A DNA stretch of 64,000 nt from Opitutales bacterium. GTDB lineage: Bacteria; Verrucomicrobiota; Verrucomicrobiia; Opitutales; UBA2995. Of this stretch, positions 1 to 10,425 are shown piece by piece (within the stretch, counting starts at the first letter, position 1; every line of letters starts with the position of its first letter). The notes under the pieces are model-generated. The model saw only the letters and a program-made list of their open reading frames with translations, had not been told where the DNA came from and ran no database searches. A program made the translations under genes and the position numbers. The stretch spans positions 1,050,523 through 1,114,522 of the forward strand of contig CBDCML010000003.1 in the NCBI GenBank assembly GCA_965218995.1. The letters are read 5' to 3'.

Positions 1-1442
1 TGGGCGAGCACGCTCCACCCCACTGCGAGCCTGCGGTGTTTTAAGCCTTTGGCGCGCCAGACACGTCCGCCGCCGTGGTTTTTCACAATGGCAATGCGCG
101 CCTCGGTGCTGGCCCGGCGGGTTTGCCAGCGGTAAAAATCAGGCTCCTTGAGGCGGGCTTCCAATGCGACCGGACTTTTCGGACAAATGTGGCTGCTCAC
201 CCTCACCCGCTGCAATGCCTTACGTGTAGCTGCCCCATCGAAGCCCCGGTCGGCCACGGCCCACTCCAGGTCTTGTTGCCTTTTGAGGGACTGTTGGCGC
301 TGCACGCTTTCGATTAATTTATCTCCCTCCCAAGGAGCGGTTTTGCCGTAGAGCATATAATCAATGATCATTGCGCCGGGACTCTCGGCCATAAACAGTT
401 CGTTGCCGAACTCGGTCTGCGCGCCCGCCTTGCCCCGCACGATTACAGTGATATCTCTTTCGTAGACACTGAGGATCTTCTTGTGGTTTTTGACCAGACG
501 TCCGCCGATGATGCGTTCGTGGGCTTGCTCAATTACTTGGGGCAGCAAGGCGAGTTGTTCATCAATACGCCTGATGACTTGTTCGGCGCGGGCTCGGCTA
601 AAACGGGTTTGCCTGAAACGGGCCTCCAGCAGATTGCGGTGTCGCAGGGCGTGAGCGCCGACCCGTTTGAGTAATCGTTTCATCTTGCGCAAGATCTTCT
701 TGCGAGCCTTCGCCGCTCCCTTCTTGCGGTAAGTATGCGTCATCTCGATACAGAGCTTGTTCATGCGCCTCAGCAGGCGATCCGGTGAATCGGGCATCCG
801 ATGCAACAGGGATTCAGCCCGAATCAGTTTCACCGCTTTGAGCAAGGTGCGCGTCACGTCACCCAAAAGCGCCCAATCGACCGGAAAGTGAATGTTTGCC
901 TCCAGACAGGTCGAATCGACCAGGCAAACCGAAAGATCCTCCGCCTGCTCCACTCCCAGTTGCCAGCAATTGCTCTGATCGCCCGCGAGCTCAACCAACC
1001 GTGTGTTGAACCCGCGCAACTGTTCATCGGTGAACAACTTCGAGGCGCGGTGCAGCGTACTCTTCGAGGTCCACCTCACCCCAACCAGACTGCGGCATCC
1101 GCAAAAATCGGTCAAAAGATCACTGCTGGCCAACGTCATGGAAAAAGCTTCAAAGCCTGGAAGACCCAGCAAATGACGCAGCAACTCCACCCGTAGCGAG
1201 TAAAGCGCAAACTGCGCTTTCCTGTTGCGCACAGCGCCCGAGGCGCCCGGCGGCAACTGCGACAAACCGAAGCGGATGGCCATTTCTTCCAACCCACCTT
1301 GGGTCAGATTATCATCGAGTTGCCGCAAATCCTCCACCAGACGGTCATAATCACGATTGCGCAAAACCGGGGTTAAAGCTGGACGAAGAAAACTTTGAAA
1401 GGTTACCGTATCAGCAGAATTGGGTTCTATTAATTCGTTCAT
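1..1442 (-). CDS. DDE transposase (DDE_Tnp_1-type), C-terminal ~22 codons outside window
   Basis: Minus-strand frame starting at the ATG at 1442 matches the 502-aa ORF 50899..52407. It is absent from the ORF track because there is no stop codon inside the window. Confidence 0.85.
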   Translation of the reverse strand, partial: MNELIEPNSADTVTFQSFLRPALTPVLRNRDYDRLVEDLRQLDDNLTQGGLEEMAIRFGLSQLPPGASGAVRNRKAQFALYSLRVELLRHLLGLPGFEAFSMTLASSDLLTDFCGCRSLVGVRWTSKSTLHRASKLFTDEQLRGFNTRLVELAGDQSNCWQLGVEQAEDLSVCLVDSTCLEANIHFPVDWALLGDVTRTLLKAVKLIRAESLLHRMPDSPDRLLRRMNKLCIEMTHTYRKKGAAKARKKILRKMKRLLKRVGAHALRHRNLLEARFRQTRFSRARAEQVIRRIDEQLALLPQVIEQAHERIIGGRLVKNHKKILSVYERDITVIVRGKAGAQTEFGNELFMAESPGAMIIDYMLYGKTAPWEGDKLIESVQRQQSLKRQQDLEWAVADRGFDGAATRKALQRVRVSSHICPKSPVALEARLKEPDFYRWQTRRASTEARIAIVKNHGGGRVWRAKGLKHRRLAVGWSVLA

Positions 1443-1560
1443 ACCAAATTATAGAAGCTCTATTCAGGGCGAATCGAGGATTTTCACCTCCTTTCGCCCG
1501 ACTTTTTCTTAGCCTAATCCCTTGCCCGTCAGTGGCTTAAACCTCCTGGGATAGGCTCTA
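1..1560 (-). mobile_element. IS4/IS5-superfamily insertion sequence, copy 1 (cut by window edge)
   Basis: Reverse complement of 50781..52340, with one mismatch noticed near 1201. The terminus ...cctgggataggctcta ends at 1560, 2 bp from the sdhB stop codon. The other end lies beyond the window start. Confidence 0.9.
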
Positions 1561-1562
1561 CA

Positions 1563-2309
1563 CTAGGAGCGACGGGTCAGCTTGCTCCAGATCCGGGCAA
1601 CGGGATCGTAATACCGGTCCACCACGCGTTCTTTCAGGGGAATGATCGCATTGTCCGTGATGGTGATATGTTCGGGACAGACCTGGGTGCAGCACTTGGT
1701 GATATTACAATAACCGATGCCATGGGCTTTTTTCAGATCTTCCAGCCGGTCTTCCGTATCGAGGGGGTGCATTTCCAGAGCCGCCGTGTAAACGAGCGCG
1801 CTCGGGCCGATAAATTCATCCTCCATATGGTGTTCGCGCAGAACGTGACAGACGTCCTGACAAAGGAAGCACTCGATGCATTTGCGAAATTCCTGTACCC
1901 GGTCGATATCTTCCTGATAGAAAGTCCAGGATCCGTCCTCGTTGTCGGGTGGGCGCGGTTTGAACGGTTTTATCTTTTGCTTGGCCCGGTAGTTCCAGGA
2001 AATGTCCGTGACCAAGTCCTTGATAATGGGAAATGTCTTTATTGGCTCAATGGTCACGCCCTCTTCGAGGGGCAGTTCGTCCAGCCTGGTCATGCACATG
2101 AGCTTGGGCATGCCGTTGACCTCGGCTGAACAGGAGCCGCACTTGCCCGCTTTGCAGTTCCAACGGCAGGCCAGATCGTTGGCGCTTTCGGCCTGAATCT
2201 GGTGTACCGCGTCGAGTACCACCATGCCTTCGCTGGTTTCGGTGGAGTACTCCTCGAACTCGCCACTCTTTCCGTCTCCCCGCCAAATTTTGAATTTCGT
2301 TTTTGCCAT
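1563..2309 (-). CDS. sdhB: succinate dehydrogenase/fumarate reductase iron-sulfur subunit
   Basis: 248 aa with Cys clusters CRWNCKAGKCGSCS, CIECFLCQDVC and CNITKCCTQVCP. Lies immediately downstream of the flavoprotein subunit. Confidence 0.93.
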   Translation of the reverse strand: MAKTKFKIWRGDGKSGEFEEYSTETSEGMVVLDAVHQIQAESANDLACRWNCKAGKCGSCSAEVNGMPKLMCMTRLDELPLEEGVTIEPIKTFPIIKDLVTDISWNYRAKQKIKPFKPRPPDNEDGSWTFYQEDIDRVQEFRKCIECFLCQDVCHVLREHHMEDEFIGPSALVYTAALEMHPLDTEDRLEDLKKAHGIGYCNITKCCTQVCPEHITITDNAIIPLKERVVDRYYDPVARIWSKLTRRS

Positions 2310-2320
2310 GTTCGCAATCC

Positions 2321-4138
2321 TCAGCCCATCAAGGTTATGATTTCCTTCAACTCCGCCGGTATTTCGGGGATCGGGATCCGGTCAATTTGCATGGACCCGT
2401 CGGGACCTCGGCGAACGGTAACGTTGTATTTCCCCCATTCTTCGCTTTTCTCCGGGTAATCCACCCTGAATTGCGCTCCCCGGCTTTCCTTTCGTTCCAA
2501 GGCCGAGCGCGCCACTGCTTCCGAAACGGTGAGGAGGTTTCCCAAATCGAGCACTGTGTGCCAACCCGGATTGTACTCGCGGTTTCCGACCGCTCCCACC
2601 GTTTTGGCCTTTTTCTTCAGCTCTCCAATCTTCACCAGAGCCCGTTCCATCTCTTCCCCATTGCGCACGATGCCAACGAGGTCCTGCATGGCGTCCTGGA
2701 GTTCGTATTGAATTTGGTAAGCATTGCCGGCGTCCGGGACCGGGCGATGGAAGGGCGCTAAAGCTTCCCGTTTGGCCGCATCGATTTCTTCCTTATCGAC
2801 GCGGGTATATCCCTTTTCCTTGGCGAACCTGGCGGCATATTGGCCGGCCCGCTGCCCCAGCACCAACAGATCGGAAAGCGAATTTCCCCCCAGCCGATTG
2901 GCCCCGTTGATTCCCGCTCCGCATTCCCCGCAGGCAAATAATCCGGGTACCGTGGACATCTGGGTGTCTGCTTCTGCCAACACCCCGCCCATGACGTAGT
3001 GGGTGGTAGGACCGACTTCCATCGGTTCCCTGGTGATATCCATACCGGCCAATTGCTTGAATTGGTGGTACATGCTGGGCAGCTTCCTCTTGATGTGTTC
3101 CTCGGCGTTGCCGAGCTTCTCCTTGATCCAGGCGATATCCAAAAAGACGCCGCCATGGGGACTGCCGCGGCCTTCCTTGATCTCCTGGACAATGCAGCGA
3201 GCGACGTGGTCGCGGGTCAACAACTCGGGAGGTCGATGGGCCTCTTTGTCACCCAACACGTAACGCCAGCCTTCCTCCGCATCAGCCGCCGTCTGCGCCT
3301 TGTAATTGTCCGGGATATTGCCGAACAGGAAGCGCTCACCCTTTTTGTTGAGCAGGATACCGCCCTCGCCACGAACTCCTTCGGTCACGAGAATCCCCCG
3401 CACACTGGGAGGCCAGATCATTCCGGTGGGATGAAACTGGATAAACTCCATATCGACCAAGTCGGCCCCGGCGTTGTAGGCCAGTGCATGGCCGTCCCCG
3501 GTGTATTCCCAACTGTTGCTCGTGATCCGGAAAGCTCGCCCGATGCCTCCGGTTGCGAGGACGATGGCTTTGGCGTGAAATACGCGAAATCGTCCCCGCT
3601 CGCGGTCGTATGCCACCGCACCACTGATCCGGTCTCCATCCTTGAGCAGGTGCACGACGGTTACTTCCATGTGCACATCGATGCCCTGGTGAATACCGTG
3701 GTCCTGCAGAGTCCGAATCATTTCCAGTCCCGTGCGGTCGCCCACGTGGGCCAGACGCGGGTATTTGTGGCCACCAAAATTGCGTTGCAGAATGCGTCCA
3801 TCCTTGGTCCGGTCGAAAACCGCGCCCCAGGCCTCCAGTTCACGAACCCGGTCCGGGGCTTCCCTGGCGTGTATTTCGGCCATGCGCCAATTGTTGATGT
3901 AATGACCACCCCGCATGGTGTCGGAAAAGTGCACCTTCCAGTTGTCCCGCTCATCCACATTGGCCAAGGCCGCCGCGATCCCCCCTTCCGCCATGACCGT
4001 ATGGGCTTTCCCCAACATCGATTTGCAGACCAAGCCCACCTTCAGCCCGGTGGCGGATGCTTCAATGGCAGCGCGCAGACCGGCTCCGCCGGCGCCGATG
4101 ATGAGCACGTCGTGCTCGAATATTTCGTGTGCCTCCAT
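2321..4138 (-). CDS. sdhA: succinate dehydrogenase/fumarate reductase flavoprotein subunit
   Basis: 605 aa with N-terminal FAD fold VLIIGAGGAGLRAA, the HPTG motif (FIQFHPTG) and a C-terminal RKESRGAQFRVDYP motif. Confidence 0.95.
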   Translation of the reverse strand: MEAHEIFEHDVLIIGAGGAGLRAAIEASATGLKVGLVCKSMLGKAHTVMAEGGIAAALANVDERDNWKVHFSDTMRGGHYINNWRMAEIHAREAPDRVRELEAWGAVFDRTKDGRILQRNFGGHKYPRLAHVGDRTGLEMIRTLQDHGIHQGIDVHMEVTVVHLLKDGDRISGAVAYDRERGRFRVFHAKAIVLATGGIGRAFRITSNSWEYTGDGHALAYNAGADLVDMEFIQFHPTGMIWPPSVRGILVTEGVRGEGGILLNKKGERFLFGNIPDNYKAQTAADAEEGWRYVLGDKEAHRPPELLTRDHVARCIVQEIKEGRGSPHGGVFLDIAWIKEKLGNAEEHIKRKLPSMYHQFKQLAGMDITREPMEVGPTTHYVMGGVLAEADTQMSTVPGLFACGECGAGINGANRLGGNSLSDLLVLGQRAGQYAARFAKEKGYTRVDKEEIDAAKREALAPFHRPVPDAGNAYQIQYELQDAMQDLVGIVRNGEEMERALVKIGELKKKAKTVGAVGNREYNPGWHTVLDLGNLLTVSEAVARSALERKESRGAQFRVDYPEKSEEWGKYNVTVRRGPDGSMQIDRIPIPEIPAELKEIITLMG

Positions 4139-4144
4139 GCTTGC

Positions 4145-4972
4145 CTAAAGAATTCGAAAATCAGTCCAGACGCCCATTGAGCAAAAGCGGACGTAAAGAT
4201 CGGTAAACCCGACCCAGAAGAGGCTCATCCAGGCCCAAATCTGGTGTTTTTTGTTGAGACAGGTTACGCCCTTCCAGGCGCATTGCCGCGAGGGCGATTG
4301 GGAAAAGTGGTCTAACCCGCCTCCAACCAGATGGCGCAGGGAATGACACCCCAGGGTATAGCCGCCCAACAGGATGATGTTGACGGTCAACACCAACGAA
4401 CCCACGCCGATGCCTAACCCTCCATCGAAAAAGTATCCTTTAATGGCGTCCCAACTGAGAAAGACCATGAATGCCAGGGCCAGATACAGCGTGTAACGGT
4501 GGATGTTTTGCAGGATAAGTGGAAAGGAGTTTTCCCCGCGGTACTTTTTGCGTGGCTCGCTTACGGCGCAGGATGGAGGATCGGCCCAAAAGGCCTTGTA
4601 GTAGGCCCCCCGATAATAATAACAGGTCAGACGGAAGCCGGCGGGGGCCCAAAGAATCATAAAGGCCGGGGAGAAGGGAAGCCAATCCGGCCAGAAACCG
4701 GGCCGGAGACCAAACCAGGCATGCTCCGATGCGCCGAAAAGTTCAGGAGAGTAAAAGGGGGAAAGATACGGTCCAAAGGTGTAATGAGCCCCCTGAAATG
4801 CGGCCCAGGTCGAGTAGATGATGAAGGTTGACAACCCCAGGAACACCAGTGCCGGGGTCTTCCACCATATGTCCCGACGCATTGTTTTCGGATAACGTGA
4901 ACCGGGTATGGAAATCGGATGAGAGGGCATAGAAACCTCGGGCGATCCTATAAGAGGACCGATACCCGTCAA
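4145..4972 (-). CDS. sdhC: succinate dehydrogenase cytochrome b subunit (b558-type membrane anchor)
   Basis: Polytopic membrane protein directly upstream of sdhA with a 6-bp gap. The true start may be an internal Met. Confidence 0.75.
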   Translation of the reverse strand: MTGIGPLIGSPEVSMPSHPISIPGSRYPKTMRRDIWWKTPALVFLGLSTFIIYSTWAAFQGAHYTFGPYLSPFYSPELFGASEHAWFGLRPGFWPDWLPFSPAFMILWAPAGFRLTCYYYRGAYYKAFWADPPSCAVSEPRKKYRGENSFPLILQNIHRYTLYLALAFMVFLSWDAIKGYFFDGGLGIGVGSLVLTVNIILLGGYTLGCHSLRHLVGGGLDHFSQSPSRQCAWKGVTCLNKKHQIWAWMSLFWVGFTDLYVRFCSMGVWTDFRIL

Positions 4973-5133
4973 GCGCGTCCTGACCGGTCTGGTTGTTTAT
5001 TTTTCCGGTTAATCCGTTGAGCAAGGGAAACTAATAGTTTCCAATCCGAATAATAGCATCTTCGCTTTGACTTTGAAAAACCAATCCCTGTAAATCCCCA
5101 TTTTTCCAACAGCACCGAACTGATGAGAAACCG

Positions 5134-6171
5134 ATGAAAGCGCTCGAATTGGTCGAGTACGGAAGATTTGAATTCAAGGAAATCCCCGTCCCCGAGATCC
5201 AACCTGATGAAGTGCTGGTTGGTGTGGCGGCTTGTGGAATTTGTGGGAGCGACGTACACGGCATGGATGGGTCCAGTGGAAGGCGGATACCTCCCATCGT
5301 CATGGGACACGAAGCGGCGGGCACGATTGCGGCGGTGGGAGAGGGAGTCGATCCGTCCCACTGGCGCCAGGGTGATCGGGTGACTTTCGACTCCACTGTA
5401 TACTGTGGTGAATGTTGGCACTGCAGGCGAGGAGACGTCAACCTATGCGATAACCGGATGGTTTTGGGAGTATCATGCGGGGATTACCGACGCCATGGCG
5501 CATTCGCCGAATTTGTGGCCGTGCCCCAACGCATTCTCTACCCCCTGCCCGAGAAGATAACTTTCGAACAGGCTGCCATGGTAGAGGCGGTTTCAGTGGC
5601 GGTGCACGCAGTGGGCCGTTCTCCCGTTGCATTGGGTGATAGTGTGGTGGTGGTTGGCGCCGGTATGATCGGACTGCTCTGCCTACAGGCGGTTCGGGCC
5701 GCCGGTTGTGGCAGGACCTTTGTCGTGGACCTGGACGAATCCCGCTTGAAATTGGCAGGGGAACTGGGTGCGGATGTTTGCCTCAACCCATCGGAGGTGG
5801 ATGTAGTCGACGTCGTGCGTTCGCAAACTTCGGGCCGTGGAGCGGACCTGTCATTGGAAGCGGTGGGAATTTCCCCCACTGCCAACTTGGCCGTTGCCTG
5901 TTTGCGTAAAGGCGGCAGCTCTACCCTGGTCGGCAACATCGCCCCAAAAGTGGAGTTGCCACTGCAGGAGGTAGTGACCCGACAGGTGTCCCTGATCGGT
6001 ACCTGTGCCTCGGCCGGAGAGTATCCGGCCTCTCTGGATCTTATCGCCCGCGGCGTCATTCAGGTCGACCCTCTGATCAGTCAGGTGCGGTCCTTGTCCG
6101 AGGGGCCCGAATGGTTCGCCAGACTGCAAAGAGGCGAACCCGGTCTCACTAAAGTCATTCTCAAACCTTAA
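5134..6171 (+). CDS. zinc-dependent alcohol/polyol dehydrogenase (MDR family)
   Basis: 345 aa with GICGSDVH, GHEAAG, the structural-zinc motif CGECWHCRRGDVNLC, and the Rossmann motif VVGAGMIG. Confidence 0.88.
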   Translation: MKALELVEYGRFEFKEIPVPEIQPDEVLVGVAACGICGSDVHGMDGSSGRRIPPIVMGHEAAGTIAAVGEGVDPSHWRQGDRVTFDSTVYCGECWHCRRGDVNLCDNRMVLGVSCGDYRRHGAFAEFVAVPQRILYPLPEKITFEQAAMVEAVSVAVHAVGRSPVALGDSVVVVGAGMIGLLCLQAVRAAGCGRTFVVDLDESRLKLAGELGADVCLNPSEVDVVDVVRSQTSGRGADLSLEAVGISPTANLAVACLRKGGSSTLVGNIAPKVELPLQEVVTRQVSLIGTCASAGEYPASLDLIARGVIQVDPLISQVRSLSEGPEWFARLQRGEPGLTKVILKP

Positions 6172-6216
6172 TTTAGAGGAAAGAACTACTTCGCCTTTAA
6201 CCTTCCTCAGAGTTCC

Positions 6217-7362
6217 ATGCTAAAATCCGGCTTAATCGGTACCGGCAATGTTGCCCACCTGCATGCTTTGGCGCTGCAACGCAATTCCAACAGTGAATTT
6301 ACCGCGGTGCTCGGCCGGACACCGGCCAAAGTAAAAGCCTTTGCCGACCGCTACGGGGTAGAGGCCTACTCCGACCTGGGAACCTTTTTGAGGGAATCGG
6401 GCGTGCGGGTTTGCACCATTTGTACGCCCCATCCAGTTCATATCGACTCCGCTGTGGCGGCGGCGGAAGCGGGTGTGCACCTGTTGATTGAAAAGCCGCT
6501 GGCTTCTTCGCTGGAACATTGTGACGCCATGATGGAAGCCGCGATGCGGGGAAAATCCCGAATAGGCGTGGTTTCCCAAAGGCGATTTTTCGAGCCGGTT
6601 CTCCGGGTCAAGGAGGCCATCGATTCCGGCAAGATTGGAGAGCCCATTCTGGGGATGGTCACCATGCTGGGCTGGCGCGACCAGGATTACTACGACTCCG
6701 ATGCGTGGCGCGGGACCTGGGATGGAGAGGGCGGAGGTGTTTTGGTAAACCAGGCCGTGCACCAGCTCGACCTGTTGCTCTGGTTTATGGGCGAGGTCGA
6801 TGAACTTTGCGGCATGTGGGATAATTTAAACCACCCCGGCATTGAAGTGGAGGATACCGCCCTTGCCTCCATCAGGTTCAAGAGCGGCGCTCTGGGTCAT
6901 GTTCAGGTGAGCAACTCCTTCAATCCCGCTCTCTTCGGCAAAGTGAGTGTCCTGGGGTCGACCGGGGCTATGGTCGGCGTCCAGACCGATGGCGGGCAAA
7001 TGTTCATTCCAGGAATGGCTGCCATCGAGGAACCGCCTCTGAACGATTACTGGACCGTGCCGGGGGAAGAGGGCCTGTTGGAAAAGTGGCGAGAGGAGGA
7101 CAAGGTGCGATTCAACCGGATTAATCCTATGGAGCATTATCATCAACTCCAGATCGACGAGTTTATCGAGGCCGTGCTGGCCGACCGGGACCCTTGCGTG
7201 ACAGTTCGGGAGGGCCGTAATGCGGTCGAACTCTTTAGCGCGATTTATCGCAGCGGACGGGATGGAAGAGCGGTAAAGTTTCCCTTTCATCCCGCAATCG
7301 AACGGGATGACTTTGACGGTAGGCTGAGGAAAAGGCGCAAAGGCGCCGAGGGGCGCCAATGA
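6217..7362 (+). CDS. Gfo/Idh/MocA family oxidoreductase
   Basis: N-terminal GLIGTGNVAHLH Rossmann fold and an EKP motif (LLIEKPLA). The last ~10 codons (RKRRKGAEGRQ) are encoded by an intergenic repeat, so the 3' end is uncertain. Confidence 0.85.
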   Translation: MLKSGLIGTGNVAHLHALALQRNSNSEFTAVLGRTPAKVKAFADRYGVEAYSDLGTFLRESGVRVCTICTPHPVHIDSAVAAAEAGVHLLIEKPLASSLEHCDAMMEAAMRGKSRIGVVSQRRFFEPVLRVKEAIDSGKIGEPILGMVTMLGWRDQDYYDSDAWRGTWDGEGGGVLVNQAVHQLDLLLWFMGEVDELCGMWDNLNHPGIEVEDTALASIRFKSGALGHVQVSNSFNPALFGKVSVLGSTGAMVGVQTDGGQMFIPGMAAIEEPPLNDYWTVPGEEGLLEKWREEDKVRFNRINPMEHYHQLQIDEFIEAVLADRDPCVTVREGRNAVELFSAIYRSGRDGRAVKFPFHPAIERDDFDGRLRKRRKGAEGRQ

Positions 7363-7960
7363 GGAATGAGGAATTAGGAATTGTTGAGAGAAAGTAACCA
7401 CAGAGAACACAGAGGGCACAGAGAGAGAGGAGGAGAAAGGGGCAAAAGGCTGAAAAGGCACAGGGGTTTATCGTGATCATGATCATGATCGTGATTTTGA
7501 TCGAAAATCCCTGAGGAATTAACCACGGATTTCACGGATGAGAACGGATATGGGGATTAACCACAGATGACGCAGATGGGGGAGGCGCCAAAGGCGCGAA
7601 CCAGAAACCAGAATCCAGGAATTGACCACGGATTTAATTCTCAACTGGAATTTAACGGAGGGCGGGTTTTCCAACCCGCCTTATAAAGGCCATGGCGGAC
7701 AGGAAAGTCCGCCCTCCTTTCGCCCTCGCCACTCGTCACTAGCAACTAATCACTGATTACTGACCACGGATCCCGCTTCGCCCAAACCGTGCTTCGCAAC
7801 GCTACGCAGGTCAAGAGGCTGCGGCCTGACAGGAAGGCGCGAAAACACACCATTTTTTTCTAAATCTCTGTATTCTCTGTGTCCTCTGTGGTTAATTCTT
7901 GTTGAAGGGGGGAGAGGCGCTGTTGGCGCCAATGAGGAATGAGGAATTAGGAATGGTATG
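7363..7960. repeat. cluster of short dispersed repeats (AACCAC[A/G]GA-type units, GGCGCC-AAT-(G/T)AGGAAT units, small hairpins)
   Basis: Contains aaccacagagaacacagagggcacagag, aaccacggatttcacggatgagaacggat and ggcgctgttggcgccaatgaggaatgaggaattaggaat. Hairpins ggcggg..cccgcc and ggcggac..gtccgcc lie at about 7661-7720. Related units recur at 10426, 10607, 21843, 44568 and 52955. Confidence 0.8.
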
Positions 7961-8048
7961 TTTTAGGTCGGATAAATTGACTCTGACCTTAGCGGTCCTG
8001 GTAAGAGAAAATCCACACCTGCCATCCGATTGGTAGGTGGGAATTATT

Positions 8049-8294
8049 TGTGGAACCCCGTTGGGGTTCAATCGTATGGGCGATCGGTACCCCAGCGTGC
8101 GCTACGCGACGCTGGGCTCCGGAGTTCAACGCCGTTGGCGTAAAAGCCAGGTGATTGAATCGGTTGATCGGGGCAATAGAAGGGCTCATTTACATCCTCC
8201 GTTCTGGTCTGGAATGAACTGCAAAGCCCAGTGTCGCACAGCGCACACTGGGTAAGGATGGGCAACAAACAAAGAACCCCGACGGGGTTCCACA
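8049..8294. repeat. MITE-like element with terminal inverted repeats tgtggaaccccg.../...cggggttccaca
   Basis: Left arm: gaaccccgttggggttc then cccagcgtgcgctacgcgacgctggg. Right arm, inverted: cccagtgtcgcacagcgcacactggg then gaaccccgacggggttc. Confidence 0.6.
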
Positions 8295-8405
8295 TCGAAT
8301 CTCACAAAGTTCGTCGCAGGCAAACCGATATCGAGTGCTGGTGTGGGTTTGCAGGGAAAACGATTTCAAAAACCGCTTTAATTTGTTAGCTATCAGAACG
8401 GCAAT

Positions 8406-9335
8406 ATGAAGGGTGGGGAATTTCAGTCCGAGGAGGTTGCCTCCGAGGGAGAGGAGGGGCTTGCCCAAATCGGGGTTTATGCGTCGCCCCGTAAAGCGCA
8501 CGAAGCGGGACTGGCCGTCCTGGCCGCCGGGCACCCTTACCGGGTTGACCGCAAACAGGGCCATTATGTTCTGGTCGTTGCGGAGGAACACCTCGACCTG
8601 CTGCGGCGGGAAGTGGAAATCGCCGAGATCAGGAACCGGTTCTGGCCGCCGCCCTCTTTGGATCTCCCGAGCAAGAGCATCAGCAAGCTTCCCACCGCGG
8701 TAGCGGTTTTGTTGCTTTGTTCAACCTTTTATTTGCAGCAGGAGTTCCGAGCCCTTACCGACCTCGGGATGAACAGCAGCCAGGAGGTTGCGGCGGGGCA
8801 ATGGTGGCGCCTTGTCACCGCGATCAGTTTACACGCGGACATCGGCCATTTGGCCGGCAACCTGCTCGGGTTTGTGGTGTTTGCCCATCTCTGTTGCCGC
8901 TATATGGGCAACGGATTGGCCTGGTTGATGATCCTGTGCTCGGCCGCTCTTTCCAACTTGACCAATGTTTATTTGCACTGGGGAGAAGTTTATCATTCCT
9001 TGGGCGCATCGACGGCCGTCTTTGCCGCTTTGGGATTGCTTACGGGTTTTCCCATCGGGAGTTATTTCAGATCTCGTGAACCCATTTTGAATCGGGACTG
9101 GATGATACCCTTTGTGGGAGGTTGTTTCCTCTTTGCCTGGATGGGCGGCGGGGAATATCCGACCGATGTGGCGGGACACCTTTGGTCCTTTATCTACGGG
9201 TTGATATCGGCCGTCCTCATCGCCTCTACAGCGGTTTACACCAAACTGAGTCACAGGCATCAAAGCCTGGGTCTGTTTGCGGCCGGACTGGTTGTATTGG
9301 TTTGTTGGATCCTTGCTCTGGGATCTCGGGGTTGA
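8406..9335 (+). CDS. rhomboid family intramembrane serine protease
   Basis: WRLVTAISLHADIGHLAGNL (rhomboid HxxxN region), the GASTAVFAALG catalytic GxSxxxF motif, and multiple TM segments. Confidence 0.85.
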   Translation: MKGGEFQSEEVASEGEEGLAQIGVYASPRKAHEAGLAVLAAGHPYRVDRKQGHYVLVVAEEHLDLLRREVEIAEIRNRFWPPPSLDLPSKSISKLPTAVAVLLLCSTFYLQQEFRALTDLGMNSSQEVAAGQWWRLVTAISLHADIGHLAGNLLGFVVFAHLCCRYMGNGLAWLMILCSAALSNLTNVYLHWGEVYHSLGASTAVFAALGLLTGFPIGSYFRSREPILNRDWMIPFVGGCFLFAWMGGGEYPTDVAGHLWSFIYGLISAVLIASTAVYTKLSHRHQSLGLFAAGLVVLVCWILALGSRG

Positions 9336-9377
9336 CCCGAATGGCGCTTGGTCAAGGCAGGTCATTGAGGGCATACG

Positions 9378-9616
9378 GTATGGCGCCAGCCGGGGTCATG
9401 CCGTGGAATAGTTATGCCTTCTGCAAGAAAAGGGTCAGGCCTTGAAAACTGTATTCCGTTGCCTGCCTGTGCGACGCACGCAGACAGGTACTTCATACAC
9501 TTTTACAAGACGACTGACCCTGTAAGGCATAACTTTTTACGACTTGACCCCTTCCTTTTCCGAGGCAGCCATATGTTCGAAAAGTTGCTTAACTAAGCGC
9601 CATTCAGGGTTGACCC
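9378..9616. repeat. family-A mosaic repeat (GGGTCA/TGACCC-bounded hairpin modules), copy A1
   Basis: Shares these modules with 38511, 45341, 49421 and 52629: atggcgccag[c/t]cggggtcatgcc; acacttttacaagacgactgaccctgtaaggcataactttttacg; gcttaactaagcgccattc. Confidence 0.85.
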
Positions 9617-9647
9617 CTCCTCCCACTTTTTCAGGTTAGGAAGCGGC

Positions 9648-10412
9648 ATGGATCTGCATCTAAAAGGCAAGTGTAGCTACGTCACTGGAGGCGGGTCCGG
9701 CATTGGGCGGGCCATAGCAGAGAGATTCAGCGCTGAAGGAGCCAGGGTTTTCGTGTTGGACCGGGACAAGGCGAAGGGCGAGGAAACGGTGGAGAAAATA
9801 CTTGCCGGTGGAGGTTTGGCCCACTTCAAGCACGCGGATATCGCCGATCCGGAGAGCGTTGGCCGCGCTATTGAACCCGGCGCCCCGGTGGATGTGTGGG
9901 TGAACAATGCCGGGGTATCCTCCATCGGCAACATCGAAGAGACGCCGCCCGAGGAAATGGATCGGATATTCAACATCAACGTCAAGGGCCTCTACCATTG
10001 CGGTTATGTCGTTTTGCCCATAATGAGAAAGCAAGGGGGAGGGGTCATTCTGAATATTGCTTCCCTGGTCAGCAAAATCGGCGTCGAAGACCGGTTTGCC
10101 TACTCAATGAGCAAGGGCGCCGTCTTGACCATGACGCTCTCTATCGCCCGGGATTACATTTCCCATGGGATCAGGTGCAATTGTATTTGTCCGGCCAGGG
10201 TCCACACCCCGTTTGTCGACGCCTACCTGGAAAAGAATTACCCGGGCCGGGAGAGGGAAATGTTCAAAAAACTGTCTCAAGCTCAACCCATGGGCCGGAT
10301 GGCATCGCCCGCTGAAGTGGCCGATCTGGCTGCGTTTTTGTGCAGCGACCGGGCTGCATTTATCACCGCCACGGCTTACGACCTGGACGGAGGGACGACC
10401 TTGCTGAGATAG
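9648..10412 (+). CDS. SDR family oxidoreductase
   Basis: 254 aa with TGGGSGIGRA, NNAG and YSMSK (the YxxxK catalytic motif). Confidence 0.9.
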   Translation: MDLHLKGKCSYVTGGGSGIGRAIAERFSAEGARVFVLDRDKAKGEETVEKILAGGGLAHFKHADIADPESVGRAIEPGAPVDVWVNNAGVSSIGNIEETPPEEMDRIFNINVKGLYHCGYVVLPIMRKQGGGVILNIASLVSKIGVEDRFAYSMSKGAVLTMTLSIARDYISHGIRCNCICPARVHTPFVDAYLEKNYPGREREMFKKLSQAQPMGRMASPAEVADLAAFLCSDRAAFITATAYDLDGGTTLLR

Positions 10413-10425
10413 AGGACGCGGAAGC

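Noticed and set aside
2999-4180. 393-aa plus-strand ORF (and several 60-150-aa ORFs) overlapping sdhA
   Set aside because: It is antisense to a strongly supported, motif-rich gene. The sequence is low-complexity and Arg/Gly/Pro-rich, typical of shadow ORFs in GC-rich coding DNA.
7750-7932. 60-aa ORF (…INHRGHREYRDLEK…) and similar small ORFs at 7235-7486 and 10448-10741
   Set aside because: They are translations of the AACCACAGAG-type and GGCGCC/AGGAAT repeat units. Identical nucleotide units recur in non-coding contexts.
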